DNA of 63,690 bases, filler included. It is 20 parts of 20 records of this genome, joined end to end, with 100 filler letters (N's around TTAATTAATTAA, not from the genome) between each part and the next. Parts side by side here need not be neighbours in the genome. Positions count along the whole stretch, not along the records: positions 47,457 to 50,320 come from SRR16133337_25662; positions 50,421 to 52,643 come from SRR16133337_25815; positions 52,744 to 55,134 come from SRR16133337_25832; positions 55,235 to 58,692 come from SRR16133337_26269; 16 more parts are not named here. The stretch is one strand, 5' to 3'. Numbering within the stretch: position 1 is the stretch's first letter; every line of letters begins with the position of its first letter. A program made the position numbers and the translations under genes. Positions 48,509-58,627 of the stretch are shown here, piece by piece. The notes beneath the pieces were generated by a model. That model was not told the DNA's origin. It did no database searches and worked only from the letters and a program-made list of their open reading frames with translations.

Positions 48509-50320
48509 ATGTTGAAGTACTTCACACCCAAGAAGCGTAAGCGAGTCGACGTTTCTGATGACAGAAAGTCGCCATCTTCTGAAGTGCACATGTCACAGGC
48601 GCCACAACCTACCGAACCGCCGAACCACCCCGAACACTCTCAACGAGTTCCAGACAGTCAACCTTCAAGCCCTCGACCAGACTCAAACTCTCAACCTGGT
48701 GCAGGATCCCACCAAAAATGTGTATGTGGAGGTGAACCCTCGTTAAACATCAAATGGCCACTGAAATGCCCTGAAGCAGACTCCAAGAAAAAAGCTGCCT
48801 GGAAAAAATCAAACCACGATCAAAGCTGGGTTGATCGTTTTGTCAAAGCGCTCCCCTGGGCAGAATTTTGTCAGCATTGCTGTAAACTCTTCTGCAAAGT
48901 CTGTCGAGATGTCTACGGTTTACCCACTCAAAAGGACGAACGAAGCAACTGGCGGCTTGGTGTCCCTGACGGGAGAGTTTGGGAGAAACAACGATATCCC
49001 AAAGGCAGCAACAAAAAGCCCCACCAAGAATCAGACAAACATCTTGCCGCCTTACAACGTGAGCAACAGCATGGAGCTTTGGAAGTCGCTGTCGAAAAGG
49101 CGCGAACAAAGACTTTGGAGAAATGCAGTGCAGATTTGTTTCAGGACTCTGTTGTCTGTGAATCTATTCACTTCGTCACGTCAAAAGGCATGCCTCAAAA
49201 TGTTACGAAGGATATGCTGGTATTTCAGCGCAATCAACTGTCCCGTATTCTCAGTCATGCCGAACAACTCGAAGTGGAACTGGACGAGAAAACTATATCC
49301 CAAATAGAATCGATTGCTTTTCCTGAAATCGATAAAAGTGAACCTGTGGGTTATAAGGAGTGGAACAAAACTCGGCGTGTGATCCATGCTTTGGGCTCTG
49401 CTTCTAAAACTCGTGCTTTTGAACCACTGGTGAAATCTTTTGTGTTTACTATCATTTGGGACACATCTTCTGACATCTCGAAGAACACCAAAGGTATTTT
49501 GGAAATTCGGCACCTTAATGCTGCTCAAACTCGTGCTGTCAACACTTTTGTGGGTAACTTCCCAGTTAGTGCAAGTGATGCAGCAACAGAGACAAAAATT
49601 ATATCTAAAAGAGTTGTGCAAACTGGTGTTGAAGGTTGTGGTGTTGGCGGCACTTTTGATGGAGCAGCTACTAACCTTGGTGAACACAATGGAATTGCCA
49701 CTCGCCTGAGGATTCGCGACACTGTTGTTTGGTGTTTGGGACACGAGTCTGCTCTCTGTGGAGGTATTAAATTGAATGCTCTTGCCGACCTTGTAACTCA
49801 CATGCGTGGAGTGGCTACGGACCTTTGGGCATCGCCTAAAAAGACTAACATTTTTCTCAAGATTCAGTTTGAGCGTGGTGATGTTGTGTACCAATTTTTA
49901 TTTTCACCAAAGACCCGTTGGCTGTATATTGTTCGCGTTGCTCTGAGATATGTTAGTTTGATTTTCGCTATCAGAGACTTGTATGTTCAGTTGGGTGTTG
50001 GTGGGTCTGCGCAAGCTGCTGTTGCCAAAGGACGTCTGAAAAAGACACGTGGCTTACACATGCTTCATGTTGCACACGTTACCTCAGACGCAATTTCACC
50101 TCTGAGTAAGTTCAATGTGAGACACCAGAGTGTGGATGTTTTGGTGTGTGAGATCTCCAAGGATTGGGCAGATCTCGTTCGCGAAACTGAAACTTTGCGC
50201 GATTTTGGTGGCGAGAAGGAAGTCGAATTTCAGGGATGTATTGACCTTGCTCAGCGAAAGTTTTCGCGTGGCTCTGATTCTCTTAATGTTTTATTTACTG
50301 GAAGTATTGAAAATGCGAAA
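48509..50320 (+). mobile_element. hAT-superfamily transposase (ZNF862/DUF4371-like), intronless, 3'-truncated
   Basis: NLS-like PKKRKR; Zn-finger W...LFCKVC...H...H; catalytic-domain motifs FTIIWDTSSDIS, FDGAATNLGEHNGIA, WCLGH and KTRW. Confidence 0.85.
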
Positions 50321-50997
50321 NNNNNNNNNNNNNNNNNNNNNNNNNNNNNNNNNNNNNNNNNNNNTTAATTAATTAANNNNNNNNNNNNNNNNNNNNNNNN
50401 NNNNNNNNNNNNNNNNNNNNGCCGTTCTCCAACCAGAAAATCTCCTAAAAGAATTAAAGCTATTACCCCCACCGTTTTTATAGGAACTGTGGACCTTTCT
50501 GAATGTCTGTCGAAAACTTCTTACACGCTTTAGAACTATCGGGTCAGTTGACAATGGGTCACTCCATTTCCCCAAAAATAAAACTTTCAGAAAGAGAAGT
50601 GATTCGGTTTTCAACGGAAATGTAAACAGCCATGGACGCAAGGTGATATCTAAGGCAAGAAATTTGTAAGCAACACCTATTTCGAAACAGTCGTGCTGGC
50701 TATTTTCAAAACAAAAACGTGTTTTCTCTGTTGACATTTTTTCCAATGTGACGGGAAAAATGTTTAGCAGCAGACGTGATAGTTTTAAATTGTGTTGGTG
50801 GTTTATAAAATCGCTCAAGACTCAACTAAGAGAAAAGTTATCTTGATTTATTTCTACATGCGAATTATTTTTCCACACACCAACGCGTTTGTCGTGCGCA
50901 ATATTCTGTACACAGGAATTAATTTGCCGAGACATAAAATTGCCTATATATTTTAACCAATTTTTTGTCAAAACAAAATGATCAAATATTTACTTAC

Positions 50998-51381
50998 TTC
51001 CAGTCAAATTCATCTTCGTGGTCACTGTCGCTGGAATTATCACTTGAATGGCTATCACTGCTACGACTTCGCGGCCTATTCCTACTGTTTGTACGTCGTG
51101 TCAGCGTTTCACTTCGCTCCTTGACGTCTTTGCGCTCTATTAAAATCACATTTTTTTCAAATATCTTGATGAAAATTCTATCCGATTAATTATTTTTTTA
51201 AAAAAAACTTATTAGATTAACCGAAATCGTCCTTATTCCCACACACTTTTTGGGGTTTTACCTTTTCTGGCTGACCGCTCATCTCTCCCACTCCGCGTGT
51301 AGCCTCGGTGGCGACGCCCCTCAAACTCAGCAACGCCTCTGTCAATGTGCTCTTCTTTGGAGTATCTTTTCCAGCGCGACA
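50998..51381 (-). CDS. Spliced Arg/Ser-rich eukaryotic protein, probable 5' exons (boundaries approximate)
   Basis: MSRWKRYSKEEHIDRGVAEFEGRRHRGY... and ERKDVKERSE...RPRSRSSDSHSSDNSSDSDHEDEFDW, the latter ending at a GTAAGT donor. Confidence 0.4.
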
Positions 51382-54356
51382 TTTTTATTCTGAAAACTAA
51401 AAAGGACACACAACATCATAAAAATGTTCATCACCAAAAATATTTGTTGTTACAAAAAATGTGTTTTTTAGCAAGAAAAGCCGATACCACACACTCCATA
51501 CGTCAGATTCTCGAAAATGCCCAGATATGCGACTGATTTGTCAATTTAAAAAAAAAATCAAATGTTCGAATTTTGTGCATTTTGTGTTCAAAAAGTATAT
51601 TGCGTAAAATGAACAAAAATGCCAGATTTATAACAAGATCCAAGTGAAATTGCTTTGGTCCAGCTCAACAGATGATTAAAAAAGAAAGTACTTGTCATGA
51701 CCAACTTCAAATTTCATAGTGGCGTTCCTTTGAGGAATCTATGAATGTTGACGAAAACTAAAAATTCCCAGCCAACTTTTTTAAATATGATTCTACGATG
51801 CGTGGGCATCTTGAGTATATATTTTTTGTGCTGAGGGAGAAAAGAAACTGCTTTTCATTTAAGTGCACGTTGATTTTTGAGCTTCGGAATAAGACTATTT
51901 TTCTACAAACCATATGTAGATACTCATTATGCTTTTTGTTTTCACGACCAGCCACTCATTTCTTATTGAATTTATTACTGGATTTTCATTTGGGTATTTT
52001 AAGATTGATAAACTGACTTTCATTGGAGTGTGGGGTGGTTGTAGGTGAGTGTGTGCGCGGGTGTGGGTGGTAGTAAAATATTTATCACAAGATTAATATC
52101 GATGTGGACACTGTCAATTATCTAAAAAAACCTAAACCAAAAGAAAATGAAGTTTTGTTGAAGGAGTGGAAAGAGATATCATTTTAGATTACTTTTTTAC
52201 TTACTTATGTAGCTGAATACTGCCCGTGGTAGGTTCACACCAGTTGTGATGTAAATTATCAAGAGCACAAAACCGATCACGAGTATCCAAGGCCAAGGTA
52301 TCATGTGGTCCCTAAAAACAAACAAAAGATTGATTTACAAATCTGACCTCAAAACATAATTTCAACTGGAGTCATTTATCACATTCATGTGCTTAGGATC
52401 AGAAATGAAAGATATTTCGCTTTTTCGTAATTTTTGCCAGATTTTTCGTACACACGTTTGCTCAATCCACTCTTGTACTTTCCGCATACACGTTGTTCGA
52501 CTTTTATAAAAATAAGCACCAGTGTATTGGGGTATTTTGAGGTGTTCAAAAATCTTCGAACCTGAGTATATAGGCACAAAACCTCGCCTAAGCGTAAAAG
52601 TTTTTCAATTTTTATTTTGCAAAAAATCACAATTCATATTTTTNNNNNNNNNNNNNNNNNNNNNNNNNNNNNNNNNNNNNNNNNNNNTTAATTAATTAAN
52701 NNNNNNNNNNNNNNNNNNNNNNNNNNNNNNNNNNNNNNNNNNNTGATACGAGATAATGGACACTCCTTTTGAAATCGGAATGAGGTGTGGGTGTTTATTT
52801 GGAAAAATCGAAAAGCAAATATTTCCTATTTTCGGAGTGGACTTGGCTTTTTGAAGGCGATGAGATAAGTGCGTGCCTTGATGGGTTTTTTTAGGCCACA
52901 GTTTTTGTAGTAATTTCACCACATTTTCTCCGAAAATAATCTCACCACACAAACAACAACTCTCAAACCAACTCTCAAACCTCACATCAAGACGCACCTC
53001 TCATCTCTGTAACGCCAACTGTCATCTTCAATCAAACGCTTTTCCAGTACAATTGCTTCTGTAACACCAACTGTCATCTCCTACAACTGATTGAACTTCA
53101 ATCGCATCTTTCAATTCAACATCTTCAAGAACCAGCAACTACCACTGCAAGAAATTGTTAATGTTCAGTTTCCGAGGACTGTGTGGGTATGTAAGTGTGT
53201 AACCGTGTGATTTTTGTAACGGTGGTTTCAGTTTGTGTGTTTAGGGCTTATTAAAAGTTCAAAAGCACACAAGGTGATTTTATGGCTCACAGGTCTCGGT
53301 TTTTGAAAATTCAGGCACATAGTACACCCGACCCGTTCTACAGAGTAGTGGTGAGAATATGTGATGATGCTCGTTTGTTGAACCCCACCCACCACACACC
53401 CACACCACAAATTCTGAGAATCATCACATAACCTTTTTGAGAAAAGATTTTTGACGAATTTAGTAGCGACGTAGCTCACAATAAATGTTTTTGTTTCTAA
53501 AAACATACTTTGTTTTTTGTTGATCTCTGGTCGTGAGATTGTGGGCTGTACGTAATTGTTGCACGACTTCACACCCTGCAATACTAATCCAAACGAAAAT
53601 TTTTATCCGAACGAAAATCTGCAATCTTTATGCAACTTTTAGTTGTTTTTATAGAAAAAGTATACGTTGTTATGTTCAAGGATCTTATAGATGGTAGTTT
53701 TTTTCTACCCTTTTTAAGAAAAGGGTTTTAAAAAAAGTTCAATGCTAAAACGTAAGGACAAACAAAATTTTGTGCAAAACTATGTTTTGTGATGTTCATT
53801 TTTAGCAAACTACATCATTAGATTTGAAGATCATTTCTCTTTGCAGGACCGCAACTTTCGTAGATGGCAAAAAAGGGAAATTGATGATCGATAAGGATGT
53901 TTGTCCTATATTTAGTCCCAGTAAGTATGTAATGAAATATAGAAAAAATATATTATGTAGAAAAAATGCTTTTGTATTTAATGCTTTGGTGTTTTGTATT
54001 GAAAATTGCTTTGTTCAGCTCTGTTTTCATGACGTGATAATGTTTTTAAATACAATATTGTAATATAGACGAGATTTTAATACATCTTTTTGTTTTTCCC
54101 ATGCAAAACGAGATTTACCCATTGGGTTAGTAATTATAAGTCCAAACATTTTGGAATTTCAAAAGACGTGGCCTGAAGCGCCAAAATGCCTTGAGAAGTT
54201 TTTCGATAAACATGTTCTACGCATCATAACATTCATTGAATTTCCAAAAAGCACAAAAAATATATGTAAGAAATGCAAAAACACAAAACTTTGGAGATGT
54301 TTTCGTGCGAACCATCAATGAATAACCTGTTCAAGGGTCTTTTTGGGAGGAGGTTT

Positions 54357-54400
54357 ATGACAAAAAATTCAATGACAAAAAATTCAATGACAAAAAATTC
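54357..54400. repeat. 15-bp tandem repeat, about 3 copies
   Basis: ATGACAAAAAATTCA repeated head to tail. Confidence 0.85.
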
Positions 54401-55274
54401 TACTTTCGGGAGATGTGAAAAAAGATGTTGAAAAGATCTTGTTATATCTTGATTACTCTTGCACCTTCATGGAGATAACTCTTGCGTTGAATATGTTTCG
54501 AATGATTTTTCATTTGAAATCAAGGAGTATAATATTCGAATTAATTTTTGATATCATTTATTTTTCGGGTTCACAAAATACACAAAATACACAACAAAAT
54601 CAAGAATTGTAGAGTAATTCCTCACAAAATATGTGTTTCTGCAGTGTGTTTCCAATGCTTGGTTGTGTATTGAAATTTAAAGTTATTCTAAAAAATTTGC
54701 TCTTGTCCATTTTACCTTCCAATAGCAGGGAATGAGCGATTTTGATACTTTTAATTCCAATCAAGTGTGATGTTTCATGAATTTTCATAGTGTGAATGAA
54801 TAAATAGTGCATGAATTTTGAAGTGAAAACATTGATGATAATATTTCGAAGTCTTCCATTTCAGGACTGTATTATGTTGGATTTTATATTGCACCATTAT
54901 TTTTTAAAATGTTTGTTGGTAAAAAATTTTATACGCCAGTTTCAGGCATTTATAAAAGTTTGCAAGGTGTTTTCGAGTCCTACGAGGTTGTAATTATTCA
55001 CCAAAAACAGGAACTTCACAAAAAGATGCGAAATTTCACTTCAGATTGTGCATCAAATTTTCTGTGTGAAAAAAGATTTTTGTTTTGAATGAGCAAAAGT
55101 CTTGCGCAGGTGGTCAAAATTGTTGATAAATATTNNNNNNNNNNNNNNNNNNNNNNNNNNNNNNNNNNNNNNNNNNNNTTAATTAATTAANNNNNNNNNN
55201 NNNNNNNNNNNNNNNNNNNNNNNNNNNNNNNNNNGCAGGCCCAAATAATCCAACTTTGCCTTAAAACATAACAT

Positions 55275-55327
55275 GTGTAAAGAGTGGTTGTCAGAATACT
55301 ATTATTCTAACTAACCACTGTTTACAC
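55275..55327. terminator. Long imperfect hairpin downstream of the GIY-YIG gene
   Basis: GTGTAAAGAGTGGTT-GTCAGAATA-CTAT-TATTCTAAC-T-AACCACTGTTTACAC, 8 nt past the stop codon; terminator function is inferred. Confidence 0.5.
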
Positions 55328-55335
55328 TTTGAAAA

Positions 55336-55758
55336 CTAAGTTCGGTATACAGTAAAATTTGTATTAAGTAAAGCCGCTTTACCTGTAGATTTAACTGTAG
55401 TTTGATCAAAAGGGAAGGAGTTAACATATTCTGTATTAACCGGAGGTTTATGTTTGAATATATATGTTGCTTCAACTCTGAATCTATCATCTCCAGAAAC
55501 TTCGCCAAATGAAAAACATAATTCATTACCTGATCTCACATGTTTTCTCCATTCATCCCATTTTTCATGATTCTTAATTCTCTCGTTAACGTTCTCTGAT
55601 TCGCCAATATAAATTAGTTTCTTTAGACTAACTGTTTTTGCTGTTGTGTTATGCGTGCATTCGTATACAAAGTACACTCCTGGTTTTGATGGAATACCAC
55701 TGATGTTTGGTTTTCTCCAATATCCGTCAATATCAATATTATAAGTTTTTGATGCCAT
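55336..55758 (-). CDS. Stand-alone GIY-YIG nuclease superfamily protein
   Basis: PGVYFVY...LIYIGES.NVNERIKNH...RVEATYI...PPVN: the Tyr, Tyr, Arg, His, Glu and Asn of the fold are present in order. Confidence 0.88.
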   Translation of the reverse strand: MASKTYNIDIDGYWRKPNISGIPSKPGVYFVYECTHNTTAKTVSLKKLIYIGESENVNERIKNHEKWDEWRKHVRSGNELCFSFGEVSGDDRFRVEATYIFKHKPPVNTEYVNSFPFDQTTVKSTGKAALLNTNFTVYRT

Positions 55759-55762
55759 TTTA

Positions 55763-55996
55763 TTAAAGTTTTAAGTTTTTCAATTTTTTAAATGATTTAT
55801 CTAAATCAGTAAAGGCTTTGTTTACATCCTTTAATCCCTTTTTAGTTGTACCATTATTATCTATTAATTTAATTTTTTCATTACAAGATTTACAAGTAAT
55901 TGTTTCTTGATTGGAGACTTGACCAAGAGTAATAGTGAATACACTATTACAACTCGGACAATTTCCATCAATTTTGTGCTTATTTAAGTTCAACAT
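55763..55996 (-). CDS. Small zinc-ribbon protein (77 aa)
   Basis: CPSC and CKSC pairs followed by a basic amphipathic helix; spaced 4-5 nt from both neighbours. Confidence 0.75.
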   Translation of the reverse strand: MLNLNKHKIDGNCPSCNSVFTITLGQVSNQETITCKSCNEKIKLIDNNGTTKKGLKDVNKAFTDLDKSFKKLKNLKL

Positions 55997-56001
55997 CTCT
56001 T

Positions 56002-56259
56002 TTAAGTTACGTTAATTGAATATCTAACAGAACCACCTCTTCCTCCAGTATCTATAATTAAATGCCATGTTCCAGTTCTAGGAGCTGAGAGACTATATGG
56101 AGTTTGAGTTGCTAATCCACCGTAATAAGTGTATTTTCTTTTGTTCCTGTAATTTTGATAGTTTGTGCTATCTAAAAGCAAAACATTTGCTTGCTTATCC
56201 AACGTAACACTCACACAATCATTTGGTGTAAGCGTAAGTTCTTTATGTATGTAATTCAT
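56002..56259 (-). CDS. DUF1883-domain protein
   Basis: Motifs VTLDKQANVLLLDSTNYQNYR, YYGGLA...PY.L..P..G.WHLIIDTGG. Confidence 0.8.
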   Translation of the reverse strand: MNYIHKELTLTPNDCVSVTLDKQANVLLLDSTNYQNYRNKRKYTYYGGLATQTPYSLSAPRTGTWHLIIDTGGRGGSVRYSINVT

Positions 56260-56286
56260 TTTTTTTAATATTTATTATTCTTTAAT

Positions 56287-56311
56287 AAGCCAGTCCTTTA
56301 TGGACTGGCTT
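56287..56311. terminator. Perfect 10-bp hairpin inside the small-gene cluster
   Basis: AAGCCAGTCC-TTTAT-GGACTGGCTT; the T-rich tail is stronger on the + strand than on the - strand. Confidence 0.65.
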
Positions 56312-56318
56312 TTATTAT

Positions 56319-56468
56319 TTAGCTAAGAGTTTTAGATGCAACTGATGCACCAACAACTACTATTACGGCTAAAACTGCTATTGTAATAATGTTTGCATTT
56401 TCATTATAGAACTTTGCACAAACATCTTTATAACAGATTTCTGCTTTACTATCGTAGATTTTATTCAT
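56319..56468 (-). CDS. 49-aa small membrane protein (below the ORF-track cutoff)
   Basis: MNKIYDSKAEICYKDVCAKFYNENANIITIAVLAVIVVVGASVASKTLS: a Cx4C motif plus one C-terminal TM helix. Confidence 0.65.
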   Translation of the reverse strand: MNKIYDSKAEICYKDVCAKFYNENANIITIAVLAVIVVVGASVASKTLS

Positions 56469-56533
56469 ACGCTAATCGTTTAAATTATAACTTCCTTCAT
56501 TCAAAGCGGTGAAGGTTTCGCTTGTTTAAAATG

Positions 56534-56707
56534 TTATTTTTCTTTTCTAACACCCTTGAATTTACCTCCTGAAGTTTTTACATCCATAAATCTTCCTGTA
56601 TTTGCATCTCTTTTCACATACAGTCCAGTTTTAGGATTTTCAACTTGAGAACGATTTTTTACAGCTCCTTTTCGAGCATTATCTCCTGTTGGTTTATTTA
56701 CTGCCAT
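56534..56707 (-). CDS. 57-aa basic small protein (below the ORF-track cutoff)
   Basis: MAVNKPTGDNARKGAVKNRSQVENPKTGLYVKRDANTGRFMDVKTSGGKFKGVRKEK, preceded by AAAAGGAGGTG. Confidence 0.85.
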   Translation of the reverse strand: MAVNKPTGDNARKGAVKNRSQVENPKTGLYVKRDANTGRFMDVKTSGGKFKGVRKEK

Positions 56708-56767
56708 TTTTTACACACCTCCTTTTCATTTATTTAATGTTATTAAGTATCTTTCGTAATTATACTG

Positions 56768-56797
56768 AAAGCGTTACTTTACAATTTGTAACGCTTT
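56768..56797. promoter_or_regulatory. Perfect inverted repeat in the divergent promoter region
   Basis: AAAGCGTTAC-N10-GTAACGCTTT; each arm presents an outward-facing GTAAC. Confidence 0.7.
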
Positions 56798-56815
56798 TGA
56801 GTATGTAGTGTGACA

Positions 56816-57487
56816 ATGGAAACAGCTATCAAAACATATAAAAAATATGATGCCGAAGAGTTATTGGTAGTGTTATCAATGAAAGATGATGACCCTGAAG
56901 AAGCTAAAATTGCATTTTTTGAATTGGTTGATAGATTTATAGATGAACTATTAAGGTATTGTGTTACTATGTGTAATACTGAAAATAATTCTAATAAGAG
57001 TCAGGTAATTTTCGACCCTGAAGATGCTAAAGAAATTGTTTGGAATGCTTTCTATCGATTAAAAGATAACCCACATAAATTTGATTTAAATAAATCTAAT
57101 ACCGGTGATGTTGAAAAAGCAGTAGAAGCCTATCTGAAGGGATTTGTTAAGACAGAATTCAAGAAAAAATATTTTTGTGTAGAAAAAGTAAAAGTTGAGT
57201 ATGACTATGAAATAGACATTTCGGAAGAGGGTGTTCTTATGCCATCTAGAAAAGTTTTAATGATGATGACAACTGAAATTGAACAAGCATTATCGGGTCT
57301 CACAATGAAAGAAAGAGAAGTTTTTTTGGCGTATGCAGAATTTTGCCCAAATGGTGAGTATTTACCAAGAGAAATTTGCACTCTATTAAGAGAAAAATTA
57401 GACCTTGGTGAGTCAACATTACGAGTATATAGAAAAAGAGCAAAGAAGAAAATAACTGATAGATTAAATATATTGAATGGCAAATAA
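56816..57487 (+). CDS. Divergent ECF-like sigma-70 family factor
   Basis: Region-2-like AFFELVDRF...DAKEIVWNAF...KFD...AYLKGFVK; region-4-like ALSGLTMKEREVF...LDLGESTLRVYRKRAKKKI. Confidence 0.75.
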   Translation: METAIKTYKKYDAEELLVVLSMKDDDPEEAKIAFFELVDRFIDELLRYCVTMCNTENNSNKSQVIFDPEDAKEIVWNAFYRLKDNPHKFDLNKSNTGDVEKAVEAYLKGFVKTEFKKKYFCVEKVKVEYDYEIDISEEGVLMPSRKVLMMMTTEIEQALSGLTMKEREVFLAYAEFCPNGEYLPREICTLLREKLDLGESTLRVYRKRAKKKITDRLNILNGK

Positions 57488-57812
57488 GAAAAGATATATC
57501 AATACTGAAGCAGAGCTATTAAAGGCAATGCGTAGCACTGGCTATTGTTTTCCAACGAATCAATTTGAGCAAAAATTAAGCTTAAAAATTCAAGAAGAAA
57601 TAGATATTGAAAAACTTTCCAATTCTATTGACCCTGAAACTATATGGAATTCAAACGAACCTATAGAATATAAAAAACCAACCATTGTTAGGGAGTTGAA
57701 TACAGATAATCAGATAGAGAAGGAGTGGGGGATTGTGGCTAAAGGAAGTGCAAATATTTCAAAAGAAATAATGGATAAAATTAAAAAGAATCAAAACAAG
57801 AATAATCAGTAG
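57477..57812 (+). CDS. Hypothetical 111-aa protein coupled to the sigma and peptidase genes
   Basis: Overlaps the sigma gene by 11 nt and the peptidase gene by 1 nt; no TM segment or obvious HTH. Confidence 0.75.
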   Translation: MANKKRYINTEAELLKAMRSTGYCFPTNQFEQKLSLKIQEEIDIEKLSNSIDPETIWNSNEPIEYKKPTIVRELNTDNQIEKEWGIVAKGSANISKEIMDKIKKNQNKNNQ

Positions 57813-58627
57813 TGAAAGTCAGCTTTACTAAAAACAGAAAAAAGCAGTTAAGTGATTTAGCTCGTGAAATTATTGAACTTTTTGATTTTGAAAGAGAGAT
57901 TTGTCCAGAAACAATTGCTAAAGAAAACGATATACAATTCTATTATGATAATTATGGATTAGAGTCTGATGGTAGTGGGTTTGAAGGGTTACAAATTTAT
58001 GATGGAAACTCATTTCACACGCATATTAATCTTGACCTTGTTTGGAAAAAAGATTCTACAAGATCAAGGTTTGCATTCGCTCACGAGTTGGGACATTTTT
58101 TTATCCAAGAGCATCATTACGAGTTGAAAAATGGGTATCACCCTTCTAAATTTGACCCAAAAGAATCAAGTCTCATTGAGCTAGAGGCTAATTATTTTGC
58201 ACGTGCTTTATTAATTCCTGAAATGTCGCTGAAAGAATTTTGTTTAAAAAAGGCGTTCTCATTAGACCTTGTAAAGGAAATAGCAGAAAATTTTAATGTT
58301 AACGACTTGACCGCCATACTGCGATTTGTCGAATTTGGCACATATCCATTAATGGTGGCATATTGTAAAAATGGAACCTTAGAATGGTTTTCAAGAAGCG
58401 AGGATTTTCCATTCAAAGCTTTTAAAACTAAAGTAGGTCAATCTGTTCCTCCAACATCTGTTGTTGGAGAATATTTTAGATTAGGTCAAAAAGCTAAATA
58501 TACTGATGTTGAAACGATTGATGTGGATGACTGGTTTTACTATAATGGAGATGAAGATATAACGCTTAATGAACAATGTTTTTATTCAAGTTATGGTTAT
58601 GTAATAAGCTTAATTTGGCCGCATTAA
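57812..58627 (+). CDS. ImmA/IrrE-family metallo-endopeptidase
   Basis: Motifs RSRFAFAHELGH (HExxH), ELEANYFARALLIP and IAENFNV...AILRF, plus a C-terminal extension of IrrE/CapP-like length. Confidence 0.9.
   Translation: MKVSFTKNRKKQLSDLAREIIELFDFEREICPETIAKENDIQFYYDNYGLESDGSGFEGLQIYDGNSFHTHINLDLVWKKDSTRSRFAFAHELGHFFIQEHHYELKNGYHPSKFDPKESSLIELEANYFARALLIPEMSLKEFCLKKAFSLDLVKEIAENFNVNDLTAILRFVEFGTYPLMVAYCKNGTLEWFSRSEDFPFKAFKTKVGQSVPPTSVVGEYFRLGQKAKYTDVETIDVDDWFYYNGDEDITLNEQCFYSSYGYVISLIWPH

Noticed and set aside
49181-49894. 237-aa antisense ORF inside the transposase
   Set aside because: A shadow of the coding strand with no recognisable motif.
53008-53079. 20-bp direct repeat 52 nt apart as a protein repeat
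   Set aside because: The spacing is not a multiple of three and there are only two copies.
54357-54400. 15-bp repeats as a CRISPR array
   Set aside because: Head-to-tail copies with no spacers; a minisatellite.
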